A DNA stretch of 64,000 nucleotides from an uncultured Chloroflexia bacterium (GTDB lineage: Bacteria; Chloroflexota; Limnocylindria; Limnocylindrales; CSP1-4), in the NCBI GenBank assembly GCA_963819655.1, contig CAWFXA010000003.1, forward strand, positions 224,001 to 288,000. Direction: 5' to 3'. How positions within the stretch are numbered: position 1 is the first letter of the stretch; the number at the start of each line of letters is the position of its first letter. Below, piece after piece: positions 29,507 to 40,007 of the stretch. The position numbers and the translations under genes were made by a program. A model generated the notes under the pieces. That model was given only the letters and a program-made list of their open reading frames with translations. It made no database searches and was not told the origin of the DNA.

Positions 29507-32266
29507 ATGACCGACACGGCCGAGCCCGAGACGGCCGAGCCAGAGCTCCCGAAGGCCTATCGACCGGCGGACGTCGAGGGGCCGATCTACGAGCGCTGGC
29601 TGGCCGCGGACGTCTTCGCCCCGGACGGCGCCGGCTCGACGGCCGACCCCGCGCTGCCCCCATTCACGATCATCCAGCCACCGCCCAACGTGACGGGTTC
29701 GCTCCACCTGGGCCATGCCCAGCGGACCGCGGTGGAGGACCTCATGATCCGGCACGCCCGCATGCGTGGGCATCCGACGCTGTTCCTGCCCGGTCTCGAC
29801 CACGCCAGCATCGCTGCCCAGTTCGTCCTCGACGGGATCATCGCGAAGGAGGGCGAGAGCCGGCAGTCCCTGGGCCGCGAGCGCTACCTCGAGCGGATGC
29901 GCGAGTTCTCCGAGTCGACCAAGCCGATCATGCTCGGCCAGCAGCGACGTGTCGGGGCGTCGGCCGACTGGGGGCGGCTGCGCTACACGATGGACGAGGT
30001 GTCGGCGAAGGCCGTCCGTGTCGCATTCGAGCGGCTGTACCGCGACGGGCTCGCCTACCGGACCGAGGCCATGGTGAATTGGTGCCCGGGCTGTCGGACC
30101 AGCGTCAGCGACCTCGAGGTGGTGTCGTCACCTGAGACCGGGACGCTCTGGTCGATCCGCTATCACCTCATCGACGAGTCGACCGGGGAACCCGATCCGG
30201 ACGAGACGATCACCGTGGCGACCACGCGTCCCGAGACGATCCTCGGCGACGTCGCGGTGGCCGTCCATCCCGAGGACGATCGCTATCGGGCCCTGGTCGG
30301 ACGCCGCGCCCGGGTCCCGTTCGTCGAGCGCGACGTTCCGATCATCGCGGACGACGTCGTCGATCCGGCGTTCGGTACCGGCGCGGTGAAGATCACGCCT
30401 GCACATGACCCGGACGACTACGCCACCGGCAAGCGTCACGGGCTGCCTGCGCCGACGATCCTCGCCGACGACGCGACCATCACCAACACGGGCACGCGGT
30501 TCGACGGCCTCGATCGCTACGAGGCCCGCCGCCGGATCGTGGCCGAGCTCGCGGAGAACGGCGATCTCGCCGATGAGCGCCCGCACGAGATGGTCCTCGG
30601 CCGCTGCCAGCGCAGCAACGACGTCCTCGAGCCGCGGCTCAAGACGCAGTGGTTCATCCGCACCGGGCCGCTCGCGGCCCGGGCGCTTGACGCGACCCGG
30701 TCCGGGCGCACGCGGATCGTGCCCGAAAGGTTCGAGAAGACCTGGGAACACTGGCTGACCAACATCCGTGACTGGAACGTGTCGCGCCAGCTGTGGTGGG
30801 GCCACCGCATCCCTGCCTGGTATTGCCCGGACGGCCACGTCACGGTCTCGTCCGATCCAGGTGGCCCGACCGCATGCGAGGTCTGCGGGCGCCCGGCCCC
30901 GGAGCTCCAGCAGGACCCGGACATCTTCGACACGTGGTTCAGCTCCGGCCTGTGGCCGTTCTCGACCCTGGGCTGGCCGGACGACACGCCGGACTACCGG
31001 ACCTACTACCCGACATCGGTCATGGAGACGGGCTACGACATCATCTTCTTCTGGGTCGCCCGGATGATGATGCTCGGCCTGCATCTGACCGACCGGGAGC
31101 CCTTCCACACGATCTACCTCTCGGGCCTGATCCGCGACCCGGAAGGCCAGAAGATGTCGAAGACGAAGGGCAACGTCGTCGACCCGCTCGGGGTCATCGA
31201 CGAGACCGGTGCCGATGCCCTCCGCTTCGCCGTCATCCATGGCACGGCGCCCGGACAGGATCAGCGGTTCGGCCGCACCAAGCTCGAGAACGCGCGCAAC
31301 TTCGCCAACAAGCTGTGGAACGCGACACGCTTCGTCATCGGCGCCCGTCCGGACACCATCCCGTCGGGGGCCGAGCGGCGGCTGCCGTCTGAAGCCGACC
31401 TGGGGCCCGCCGAGCGCTGGATCCTGTCACGCGCCAGTGCGACGGTCGAGGCCGTCGACGCCGCCATGGCCGATCACGCCTTCGGCGAGGTCACGCGGCT
31501 CCTGTACGACGCGATCTGGAATGAGTTCTGCGACTGGGGCGTGGAGCTCGCGAAGGTCCGCCTCGCCGACGAGTCTTCGACAGCCGCGGAGCGCGAGGCG
31601 ACCTGGTGGGCGCTGGTCGAGGCGCTCGACACATACCTGCGGCTGCTCCACCCGGTCATGCCGTTCGTGACGGAGACACTGTGGGGGTCGATCCCGCACC
31701 GCGCCAGCGACCCGGAGCTGCTGATCGTCGCGCGCTGGCCGGCGCCGACCGGTCGCGACGAGCGGCTCGAGCGGGAGGTCGACTCGATCCTGGAACTCGT
31801 CCGTGGCCTGCGGAATGCGCGCGCCGAGGCGCAGGTGGAGGCCGGGACATGGCTCGCGACCGAGGTCGTCGTGCCTCAAGCCCTCGGCGCGACGTTCGAG
31901 GCGCTGCGCCCCGCGATCGAGCGACTCGCGCGCGCCCGGCCGCTCGAGCGGCGACTGACGCGCGAGGCGCTCGGGGAGGGGAGGGCATCGACGGACGGTG
32001 CCCTGACGGTCATCGCGGGCGAGCTCGAGGCGCTCGCCCACCGCCCGGAGACCGCGTCCGACCCCGCGGCCCGCGATCTGGAGCGGGCACGGCTCCAGCG
32101 AGAGCTCGACGACGCGCGCGGATGGCTGGAAGCGGCGCGGGCGCGCCTGGCCAACGACGCGTTCGTGAGCAAGGCGCCCCCGGCGGTCGTCGAGGGTGCG
32201 CGGGCGCGCGAAGCGGAGCTCGCGGATCAGGTCGCGCGCCTGGAGGACCGACTGCGCGACCGGTGA
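29507..32266 (+). CDS. valS: valine--tRNA ligase
   Basis: PPPNVTGSLHLGH, ATTRPET, GTGAVKITPAHD, SRQLWWGHRIP, KMSKT and C-terminal coiled coil (FVSKAP). Confidence 0.98.
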   Translation: MTDTAEPETAEPELPKAYRPADVEGPIYERWLAADVFAPDGAGSTADPALPPFTIIQPPPNVTGSLHLGHAQRTAVEDLMIRHARMRGHPTLFLPGLDHASIAAQFVLDGIIAKEGESRQSLGRERYLERMREFSESTKPIMLGQQRRVGASADWGRLRYTMDEVSAKAVRVAFERLYRDGLAYRTEAMVNWCPGCRTSVSDLEVVSSPETGTLWSIRYHLIDESTGEPDPDETITVATTRPETILGDVAVAVHPEDDRYRALVGRRARVPFVERDVPIIADDVVDPAFGTGAVKITPAHDPDDYATGKRHGLPAPTILADDATITNTGTRFDGLDRYEARRRIVAELAENGDLADERPHEMVLGRCQRSNDVLEPRLKTQWFIRTGPLAARALDATRSGRTRIVPERFEKTWEHWLTNIRDWNVSRQLWWGHRIPAWYCPDGHVTVSSDPGGPTACEVCGRPAPELQQDPDIFDTWFSSGLWPFSTLGWPDDTPDYRTYYPTSVMETGYDIIFFWVARMMMLGLHLTDREPFHTIYLSGLIRDPEGQKMSKTKGNVVDPLGVIDETGADALRFAVIHGTAPGQDQRFGRTKLENARNFANKLWNATRFVIGARPDTIPSGAERRLPSEADLGPAERWILSRASATVEAVDAAMADHAFGEVTRLLYDAIWNEFCDWGVELAKVRLADESSTAAEREATWWALVEALDTYLRLLHPVMPFVTETLWGSIPHRASDPELLIVARWPAPTGRDERLEREVDSILELVRGLRNARAEAQVEAGTWLATEVVVPQALGATFEALRPAIERLARARPLERRLTREALGEGRASTDGALTVIAGELEALAHRPETASDPAARDLERARLQRELDDARGWLEAARARLANDAFVSKAPPAVVEGARAREAELADQVARLEDRLRDR

Positions 32267-32429
32267 CTCGGGGTCGCCACGACCGGCAGGTGGTCGGTGG
32301 CACCGTCGATACGCGGCCGCACGTGACCGCTACCCGGCGGGCGGCAAGGGTTCCACCCGGGCCGATGGCGGCCCGGATGTCCCGCGTCGAGACGCGCAGC
32401 GCCGGCGGATCGCCGATCGCCGCGCCGCC

Positions 32430-33317
32430 CTATTTGACGGAGCCCGCCAGCAGGCCCTGGACGAAGTACCGCTGCAGGCTGAAGAACACGAGAAGCGGGA
32501 CGGCCATGAGGATGAACGCCCCGGCGGCCAGCAGGTGCCATTCGGTGCCGTACTGGCTGAGGAGGTTCTGGATGGCCTTCGTCATGGGCCACATGTCGCC
32601 ACGCTGCACGAACACCAAGGCCATGAGCAGGTCGTTCCAGACCCACAGGAACTGGAAGATCCCATACGCGGCGATGGCCGGCACGGACAGCGGGACCACG
32701 ATCTGGCGGAAGATCCCGATCGTCGACGACCCATCGATGCGAGCGGCCTCGATCAGGTCCTTCGGCAGCGTGATGAAGAAGTTGCGTAACAGGAAGATCC
32801 CGAACGGCAGGGCGAACGCGGTGTGGGTGAGCCAGATCGCGCCGAAGCTGTTGAGCAACCCGGTGGGGGCGAACAGCTTGAGCAAGGGGATGAACGCCAC
32901 CTGGACCGGGATCATCAGCAACGCGACGACGAGCAGGAACAGCCCGTCGCGGAAGGGGAAGTTCAGCCACGAGAACGCGTAGGCGGCCATCGACGCCAGC
33001 GCCAGCGGGATGAGCGTCGAGGGCACGGCGATCAGGAACGTGTTGCCGAACGCCTCGAGCATGCCCTGGGAGGTCAGCACCTCCTGGTAGTTGGCCAGCG
33101 TGAAGCGGAACTGCAGGAAGCTCTCCCACCAGCCCGTCACCTGGATGTCGCTGCGGGGTCGGAAGGACGTCACGAGCAGGCCCACCGTCGGCGCCAGCCA
33201 GACGAGCGCGATGAGCCCCAGCCCGATGTGGATGGGGGACTTGTTGAGGAAGCGGACGATCCGTTGGCTGGTGGTCCGCTCGCGATCGGCGGCTCGGGGT
33301 TCTGCGACAGCAGTCAT
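32430..33317 (-). CDS. carbohydrate ABC transporter permease
   Basis: LIEAARIDG EAA motif, FQFLWVWNDLL and FFSLQRYFVQGLLAGSVK. Confidence 0.92.
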   Translation of the reverse strand: MTAVAEPRAADRERTTSQRIVRFLNKSPIHIGLGLIALVWLAPTVGLLVTSFRPRSDIQVTGWWESFLQFRFTLANYQEVLTSQGMLEAFGNTFLIAVPSTLIPLALASMAAYAFSWLNFPFRDGLFLLVVALLMIPVQVAFIPLLKLFAPTGLLNSFGAIWLTHTAFALPFGIFLLRNFFITLPKDLIEAARIDGSSTIGIFRQIVVPLSVPAIAAYGIFQFLWVWNDLLMALVFVQRGDMWPMTKAIQNLLSQYGTEWHLLAAGAFILMAVPLLVFFSLQRYFVQGLLAGSVK

Positions 33318-34286
33318 CTACACGACCCTCGAGCTACGGAAGCGTCGGATGTTGTAGGCCATGATCGGAATCAACAGGATCAGCATGATCACTGCGATCG
33401 CCGCGCCGCGGCCGAACTGGCCGCCCGGGATCGACTCCTGGTACATCGTGAAGGCGATCACGCGACTGGCCGTGCCGGGACCGCCGTTCGTCAGCACGTA
33501 GATCAGGTCGAACAGCTTGATCACGTTGACGAGCAGCGTCACGGCGAGGACCGAGATCGGCAGGCTGACCATCGGCAGGATCACGCGGAAGAAGATCTGC
33601 CGCTCGTTCGCACCGTCGGTGCGGGCGGCCTCGAGGACCTCGCTCGGGATGCTCTTCAGGGCCGCCGACAGGATGACGGTGGCGAACCCGACGGATCCCC
33701 AGATGCCGGCCGCGATCAGCGCTGCGTTGACGAGCGACGGATTGCCGAGCCACGAGATCCCGCGCTCGGTGAAGGGATCGAGGATCGCGTTCAGGAGCCC
33801 GATGTTCGGGTCCGGTGCGTAGACGAAGTTCCAGATGATCGCCAGGGCAGTCGCCGCGATGGCCATCGGCAGGAAGACCACTGCCTTGATGATCGATTCG
33901 TAGCGGACACGCGATGCGAGGACCGCCACGACCAGGCCGAAGAAGATCACCAGGCTCGTGTAGAAGATGGCCCACAGGACGTTGTTCCAGATCGCTCCCG
34001 ACGGCGGGAACGTGCTGAGGTTGATGAAGCTCTTGTCGCCGAGCAGGCCGATGTAGTGGTCGAGGCCCACCCATTCGGTGAACTCTCCGCGCCGCCCGCG
34101 GTTGAAGCTCAGCGCGATGGTGTAGATCGTGGGGTAGACGAGGAAGACGGCCATCAGGAGGGCCGGCGGCCCGAGAAACAGCAGCGCTGCGAGGTCGTAT
34201 CGACGTCCGGCGGGGGTCGGTGGCGGTGGCGCCTTCAGTTCCGTCGACATCGCGCCCGGGACGTAATCCCCGGTGCCTGCGGCCAT
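33318..34286 (-). CDS. carbohydrate ABC transporter permease
   Basis: FLPMAI, LSAALKSIPSEVLEAARTDGA and LFDLIYVLTNGGPG. Confidence 0.92.
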   Translation of the reverse strand: MAAGTGDYVPGAMSTELKAPPPPTPAGRRYDLAALLFLGPPALLMAVFLVYPTIYTIALSFNRGRRGEFTEWVGLDHYIGLLGDKSFINLSTFPPSGAIWNNVLWAIFYTSLVIFFGLVVAVLASRVRYESIIKAVVFLPMAIAATALAIIWNFVYAPDPNIGLLNAILDPFTERGISWLGNPSLVNAALIAAGIWGSVGFATVILSAALKSIPSEVLEAARTDGANERQIFFRVILPMVSLPISVLAVTLLVNVIKLFDLIYVLTNGGPGTASRVIAFTMYQESIPGGQFGRGAAIAVIMLILLIPIMAYNIRRFRSSRVV

Positions 34287-34371
34287 GCGTTCCCTCCTCT
34301 CCCGAGAACGGCGACACGGGCGACCCGAAGGCCGCCCGCGTCGGATCGATCGTCCTAGAGCGACCTCTCGA

Positions 34372-35712
34372 TCACTCGGCGTCCCAGGCGGCCTTCACGC
34401 GCGTCTGGAAGTCTGCCCAATCGATGGTGTCGCCGCGGATCGCCCGCTGCAGCAGGGCACCGAGCCCCTCACCGGCGATGCCGGCAGGCAGGAGGTCGGC
34501 GCCGTCGTAGCGGATCTCATCGGCGTTCTTGAGGGATTCGGCCTCCCGGACGACGAGTTCGTTCGGGTAGGCGCTGGTCTGGACGCCCGTGTGCGGCGAC
34601 ACGATGGCACCCGTGCCCGCCCAGACCGCGTTGGCCTCGGGGGTGACGACGTACTGCATGAACGCCTTCGCGCCCTCGCTGTCGGTCAGCGCGCCGACGA
34701 CGTCGCCACCGAAGGTGGTCACATCCGACGTGTTGCCGAGCGTGGGGAAGGGGAACCAGTCGATGGTCTCGCCGATGACGAGAGCCGTGTTCGTCTGGCC
34801 GGTGGCGATGCCACCGACGAACCCGCCCTCGTAGAAGACGGCGGCCTCGGGCTCCGGCTTGAAGACCTGCGCGATGGCGTCGGTCCAGGCACGACCGACA
34901 GCCGCGTCGATGCCACCGACGACGTATTTGTCGTTGATGACCTCGAGCATCGTCGTGACGTCCTGCTGGACGGTCGGATCGTTCCAGTCGCCCTCGGCGC
35001 TGAACAGCTTGTCGTAGGCCTCGACGCCGGCCTGGCGGATGTAGATGTTCTCGAACCAGTCGGTCAGGTTCCAGTCGTCCTTGGCACCGAGCGCCATGGC
35101 TCCGGGCTTGCCCACGTTGGCGTCGAGCGCGGCCTTGTACTCATCCCAGGTGGTCGGGTTGGTGGTGACGCCATTCGCCGTGAAGAGGTCGGGGCGGTAC
35201 CACATCGTGCCCTTGTTGTTGTACTTGGCCGGGACCGCATACAGCTCGTTGTCCACGGTGCCCGCGGCCAGGAAGCCAGCCGGGTAGCTGCTGCTCAGGC
35301 CGGCGACGTCGACGCCGAGGTCGGCGACCTTCTTGAGCGAGCCGTCCTTGGCGAAGCGCCGCAGGAAGCCGATGCCCGGGATGATCGCGATGTCCGGCGG
35401 GTTGCCACCGGTGATACGCGACTGCAGGGTGGTGGAATACGTCTGCCGGTCGGCCTCGTAGTTGACGCCCCAACCTGACTTCGCGGTGAAGTCAGCGAGG
35501 ACGGCCTGGAAGGCCTCTTCCTCGCTGCCGCCCCACAGCGACAGCACATTGAGTGTGCCTGCCGAGCCACTCGTGACCGGCCCGCCGGTCGCGCCCGATG
35601 CTGGGGCGCCGTCCGACGCCGGGGCGGCCGGCGATCCGCCGCCGCCGCCGCAGGCGGTCGCGACGAGCGCGGCCATCAGCAACAGCGTCGGGATTCGTAG
35701 GGATCTGGTCAT
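34372..35712 (-). CDS. sugar ABC transporter substrate-binding lipoprotein (alpha-glucoside-binding AglE-like)
   Basis: Lipobox ATAC; GNPPDIA, WNLTDWFEN, FPFP and GGD motifs; GAGGAGG SD. Confidence 0.88.
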   Translation of the reverse strand: MTRSLRIPTLLLMAALVATACGGGGGSPAAPASDGAPASGATGGPVTSGSAGTLNVLSLWGGSEEEAFQAVLADFTAKSGWGVNYEADRQTYSTTLQSRITGGNPPDIAIIPGIGFLRRFAKDGSLKKVADLGVDVAGLSSSYPAGFLAAGTVDNELYAVPAKYNNKGTMWYRPDLFTANGVTTNPTTWDEYKAALDANVGKPGAMALGAKDDWNLTDWFENIYIRQAGVEAYDKLFSAEGDWNDPTVQQDVTTMLEVINDKYVVGGIDAAVGRAWTDAIAQVFKPEPEAAVFYEGGFVGGIATGQTNTALVIGETIDWFPFPTLGNTSDVTTFGGDVVGALTDSEGAKAFMQYVVTPEANAVWAGTGAIVSPHTGVQTSAYPNELVVREAESLKNADEIRYDGADLLPAGIAGEGLGALLQRAIRGDTIDWADFQTRVKAAWDAE

Positions 35713-35933
35713 CGACTCCTCCTCAGAGCGAAACCGCGTGCCCGCAGACCTGCGGGCGTTCGAACTAACCCTGCGACTGATCGTGCACGCACGAACATCC
35801 GCGACTCCTCCGCCGGTGTCGACGAGGTGACCGACGTCCCGTCACGCATCCGCTGACGTCGACCGTGCCCCTGTCGCGACCGGTTCTCCCGCCGTCCACC
35901 CAAAGAGGTGCGGAACGGGCGGAAGTGCGCACG

Positions 35934-35963
35934 AGCCTAGAGTCCGTCAGAACGTTCTGTCAA
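35934..35963 (-). promoter_or_regulatory. sigma70 promoter with an overlapping LacI-type operator
   Basis: Minus strand TTGACA (35963-35958), 18 nt spacer, TAGGCT (35939-35934). Perfect palindrome CAGAACGTTCTG (35948-35959) with central CG. Confidence 0.7.
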
Positions 35964-36048
35964 CGTCCCGGGCGCGTCGCACGCGAGTGCTGCCCAACGT
36001 GCCGTCAGTTCAGCGGGCACCCCCGCCTCGAGCTTCCCCCGTCCGTGG

Positions 36049-38803
36049 TCAGCGTCTACGCAGCTGGACGGTCCGAATCTCCCATGGGCCCAGGGTCAAC
36101 GCGAGGCCGTCGGGGGCCAGCAGCAGGTCCGCGCCCGGACGGCCGAGTAGATCCGCCTCCCGCGCAGCGGCCAGCGGGATCCCGATCGTCGCCGTGGTAG
36201 CCGAGGAGGATTCGTTCACGATGCGCAGCTCCAGGTGGTCATCCCGTCGTCGCAGCGAGCTGAGCACCACGCCGTCGCCTTCAACGCTGAGGCCAGGTAC
36301 CGGGGCCGGATCCCCGCCGCCCGACCCTGTCCCGCGAATGACGGCGAACGGGTGGCGATACTGCTCTGCCGCGGCACGCGTACCGGCGGTCGTCCACGAG
36401 CCCGCGTGGGGGAGCACGGCGAAGGCGAACGTGCGGTGCCCGGGAAGCTGGGCGGCCGGCACCGCGACCTCGGGTCCTGCCGGGTCCTCGCGAGACGGAT
36501 TGGCGTTGCGGCTGATCAGGCCGAACGAGCGCAGGACCGTCAGGGCGAGCTCGCGACCGCCGACGACCTCGTATTCGGTCACCTGATCGAGCAGCACGCT
36601 GCATCCGTCGACGCTGACGAAGCCGACCGCCGGGAACGTGGGCAGGGGCACCTCGCCGTGCCCGCCCTCAGGCTCGAGGCCCCGTTCGACCACCGCGAAC
36701 TGGCCCTCGGCCGCCGACCCGTCGTACCGACGACGGCAGGGGGATGTGCCACCGGACGCGGTGATCGCGCGAGCCGTTCTCGAACTCGATCCGCACGCGG
36801 ACGAAGGGCTCATCGGCCCGCAGCTCGAAGATGGTCGTGACTTCGGTCGCGACCGTCCGGTCCGACCGTCCGGACCCGTCCGCGGTCAGGTCGCGCGGCC
36901 AGGCATATCGCCGGAGGACGACGATCTCGCCGCGCAGCGGACCGTACGCGTCGGGGCGGATGTCGACGGTCTCCGGCTCCTCGACCAGCCGGTCGTACCC
37001 CGGGGGACCGTAGTTGTAGCTATCCCCGGCATCGCCGCCATCGACCACGCGCCCGACGCCGTCGAGGACGGTCCCGCCGCCCACTACTCTCGCCGTGCCG
37101 TCGTCCGCGACCACGATCTCGACCAGCCCGTTCGCCATGCGGCGGTCGGTGACCTCGACCGGGTGTGGGATCGATTCGTGCGTGTCACCGCCCTCGAGGT
37201 GGCTGGCCGGGGCATACCCGAGCGCGGGTGCGGGCAGACGCGCGAGCACGCGGCGCCGCTTCGCGACCTCCAGCGTCACCTCCCAGATCGTTTCGGGTCG
37301 CTCGGAGGCTGCGGTCGTGAGCTCGACCACCAGCTCCTCGACGTCGAGCTCGAGCGGCTCGGGAACCCGGTCGAGGTGCACCACGATCCGCGGCGGATCC
37401 GCGGCCGGGTCCACCTCGGTGCCGTTGATGAACCGCCCGAGCAGCTCGCGGCCGTGCCGGCGACGGCGCATGAACTCGCCGACACCCGATCCCGGGACGC
37501 GGAACACGCCGTGCACAGCACCCTCCCGCGACAGCTCCTGGGTCGGCAGGAGGCGATCCCCGGCGCGCAGCGCGACCGACGACCAGCCGGCCGGCACCGC
37601 GAGGTCGAGCTCGACGATGTCGTGCCGATCGACCGGGGAGGGGTTGATGACCGCCCATCCGTCCTCGGGCACCGACGCGGCGATCCGGCGCGTGACCGAC
37701 CCGACCAGCCCGGACGCGATCTGCTCCGCCTCCGCGTATCGACCGATGACCTGGGCGACCACAGCGTCGTGCGAGCAGCCGCAGATCGAGTCGTGAGCGG
37801 AGTTGTCGATGAGGCGCCGCCAGGCCAGCTCGAGCAGGCGTCCCGGCCAGGTCCCGCCGTGCAGCGCGCTCAGCGGCTCGGCATAGCGCTCGAGGGCGCG
37901 CTCCGCGTGCGCGGCCGCGGCCTTGAGGTCGACGCGTGCCGAGGCGACGTTCATCAGCATGTTGGCGCGGGCACCGGACCGCAGCTCGCCCACCCATGTC
38001 GGGAGGTCACCCTCGGGGCCGGGATGCCGCTCCCGGTCGCGTTCGAGGTACTCGCTCAGCGTGGCCAGCCGCACCTCGACGTCGCCGTCCGCGGCATTCA
38101 CGAGATCGACGAGGTCGGCGAGCTGGGCCGACGGCACGGCGTGGTCGGTCCCGTACATCGCAAGCAGCGACCGGTCGCCATAGGACCCGGCATGCAGACG
38201 GCGGTACTCGCCGAGCCTCGGGCCGAGGCGGTCCGGCAGGTCGAACAGGTGGGCGCCGTTGCCGTAGCCGCCCACGAGGTACTCGGTCTCGACGGCCGAT
38301 CCGTCGGGCGAGCGCCATGTGAAGGAGTGCCGGTCGATGGCCGCGGGGACGCCGCGCCAGACGGCCGCCCGGTCGATACCGGCCCGGCGCAGGATCTGCG
38401 GCATCTGGGCGATGTGCCCGAACATGTCCGGCAGGTAGCCGACCCGCATCGCCCCGCCGAGCCCCTCCGCACGTCCCCACCCGAGCTCGAGGTTGCGCAC
38501 GATCGTCTCGCCCGACACGAGGAACTCGTCGAGCAGGATCTGCCACGGCCCGATGGCCAGCCGCCCCTCGGCGATGAGCTGGCGGATGACAGGCTCGGCC
38601 TCGGGCCGCACCTCGAGATAGTCGTCCACGGTCGCGGCCTGACCGTCGAGCGTGAACCGGAGACGCGGGTCGGCAGCCATCCGTTCGAGGAGCTGGTCGA
38701 TGAGGTCGACCAGCCGCATCCGGAACACCTGGAAGGGCTCGTACCACTCGCGATCCCAGTGCGTATGCGGGACGAGGTGGACGACGGCCCGTTCGGTCGT
38801 CAC
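36049..38803 (-). CDS. GH38 alpha-mannosidase family protein, with an apparent +1 frameshift at about 36722-36745
   Basis: HTHWDREWY, LDGQ, GYLPDMFGH, GTDH, HDSICGCS and GDAGDSYNY. The C-terminal part (SAAEGQFAVVER...LRSFG...PWEIRT) is in ORF 36049-36813. Confidence 0.88.
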
Positions 38804-39963
38804 GCGGCTTCGCCCCCGATCGCGACGCCGAGCCGCGCGCCCATCGCGGCGATGGCCCGCTGGCACGTGACGATGTCGGCTCGCCCATCGGCCACGCCCG
38901 CGGCAGGCTCCCGGCCATCGACCACCAGGTCGTGGAAGGCGAGCAGCTCCTGCTCGAACGCCTCATCGGTCGACGTCCAGACCTCGTCCCGCCGGCCGCC
39001 GTCCTCCGTCGTCGTGATGCGAAGCACGGTCGGTCGATGGAGCAGGTACGGCGACGGGAAGGTGAGCTCGACGGTGGCCGCCTCGTACACCAGCCGGACC
39101 TCCTCCCGGTAGGCCGGGTAGTCGGGGAGGAAGTGCCAGTGGATCGACACGCGGCCGTCCGATGGCAGGGACCCCGTCAACTCGACCGACGGTGGCCAGG
39201 CGCCGTCCGGCCACGTCGTCGTGCTGTCGATCGCGGTCGGGTCGCCGGCGAACGCCCGCACCAGCGCGAGCTCGTGCACGATGCTGCCCAGGAGGATGTC
39301 GGTATAGAGCCGTCCGAAGGCCGCGGCGCCGGCGTCCCCCAGGGCGTCATGTCGGCGGCGGTCGGTGGCCGCGGCGAAGGCCGCGCGGGTCGCCTCGGGC
39401 ACGTCGGTCGGGGCGGGGAAGAGGCGGGCGTGCGCCAGCTGCGACTCGGATGTCGGATGCAGGACGGTGACCTCGATCGCGCGGGGCGCGCCGAAGCCGC
39501 GCTCCTCGGCAACGCGTCGCGCGTGTACCACCGCCGGGTCGTACAGCTTCATGTAGCCGACCTGCAGGCGGCGGGCCGGATCGGCCGCGAGCCGGCCAGC
39601 GATGTCGTCCGCCTCCGCGAGCGTGAACGCGAGCGGCTTCTCGGCGAACACGGCGAGGCCCGCCTCGAGCCCAGTCGTCACCGCGGGAGCGTGGGACCCA
39701 GAGGTGAGGATGAGCAGCCCGTCCAGGTCCGGCGCCCTCACGACCTCCTCGACCGTGCCGAATCGCCGATCGGCCGCGACCCGGTATCGGTCGCCGATGG
39801 CCGCGGTGAGCGTCGGCGAGAGGTCGCCGATCGCGCCGATCTCGAACCTGTCGCGCAATCGCTCGACGAGCGGGAGATGGACGGCCTGCGCCACCGCCCC
39901 GAGCCCGACGATCCCGAGGCGGACGCGGCGGGAGGGCGAGCCGGCCTTGGGCTGGGATGTCAT
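38800..39963 (-). CDS. Gfo/Idh/MocA family oxidoreductase
   Basis: GIVGLGAVA, AEKPLA and VGYMKLYDP. ATG lies 8 nt after TATACT. Confidence 0.9.
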   Translation of the reverse strand: MTSQPKAGSPSRRVRLGIVGLGAVAQAVHLPLVERLRDRFEIGAIGDLSPTLTAAIGDRYRVAADRRFGTVEEVVRAPDLDGLLILTSGSHAPAVTTGLEAGLAVFAEKPLAFTLAEADDIAGRLAADPARRLQVGYMKLYDPAVVHARRVAEERGFGAPRAIEVTVLHPTSESQLAHARLFPAPTDVPEATRAAFAAATDRRRHDALGDAGAAAFGRLYTDILLGSIVHELALVRAFAGDPTAIDSTTTWPDGAWPPSVELTGSLPSDGRVSIHWHFLPDYPAYREEVRLVYEAATVELTFPSPYLLHRPTVLRITTTEDGGRRDEVWTSTDEAFEQELLAFHDLVVDGREPAAGVADGRADIVTCQRAIAAMGARLGVAIGGEAA

Positions 39964-40007
39964 GAGCGCGGAGTATATCGAGGGGCCCGTGCCGTAGGCT
40001 TTCCGCC

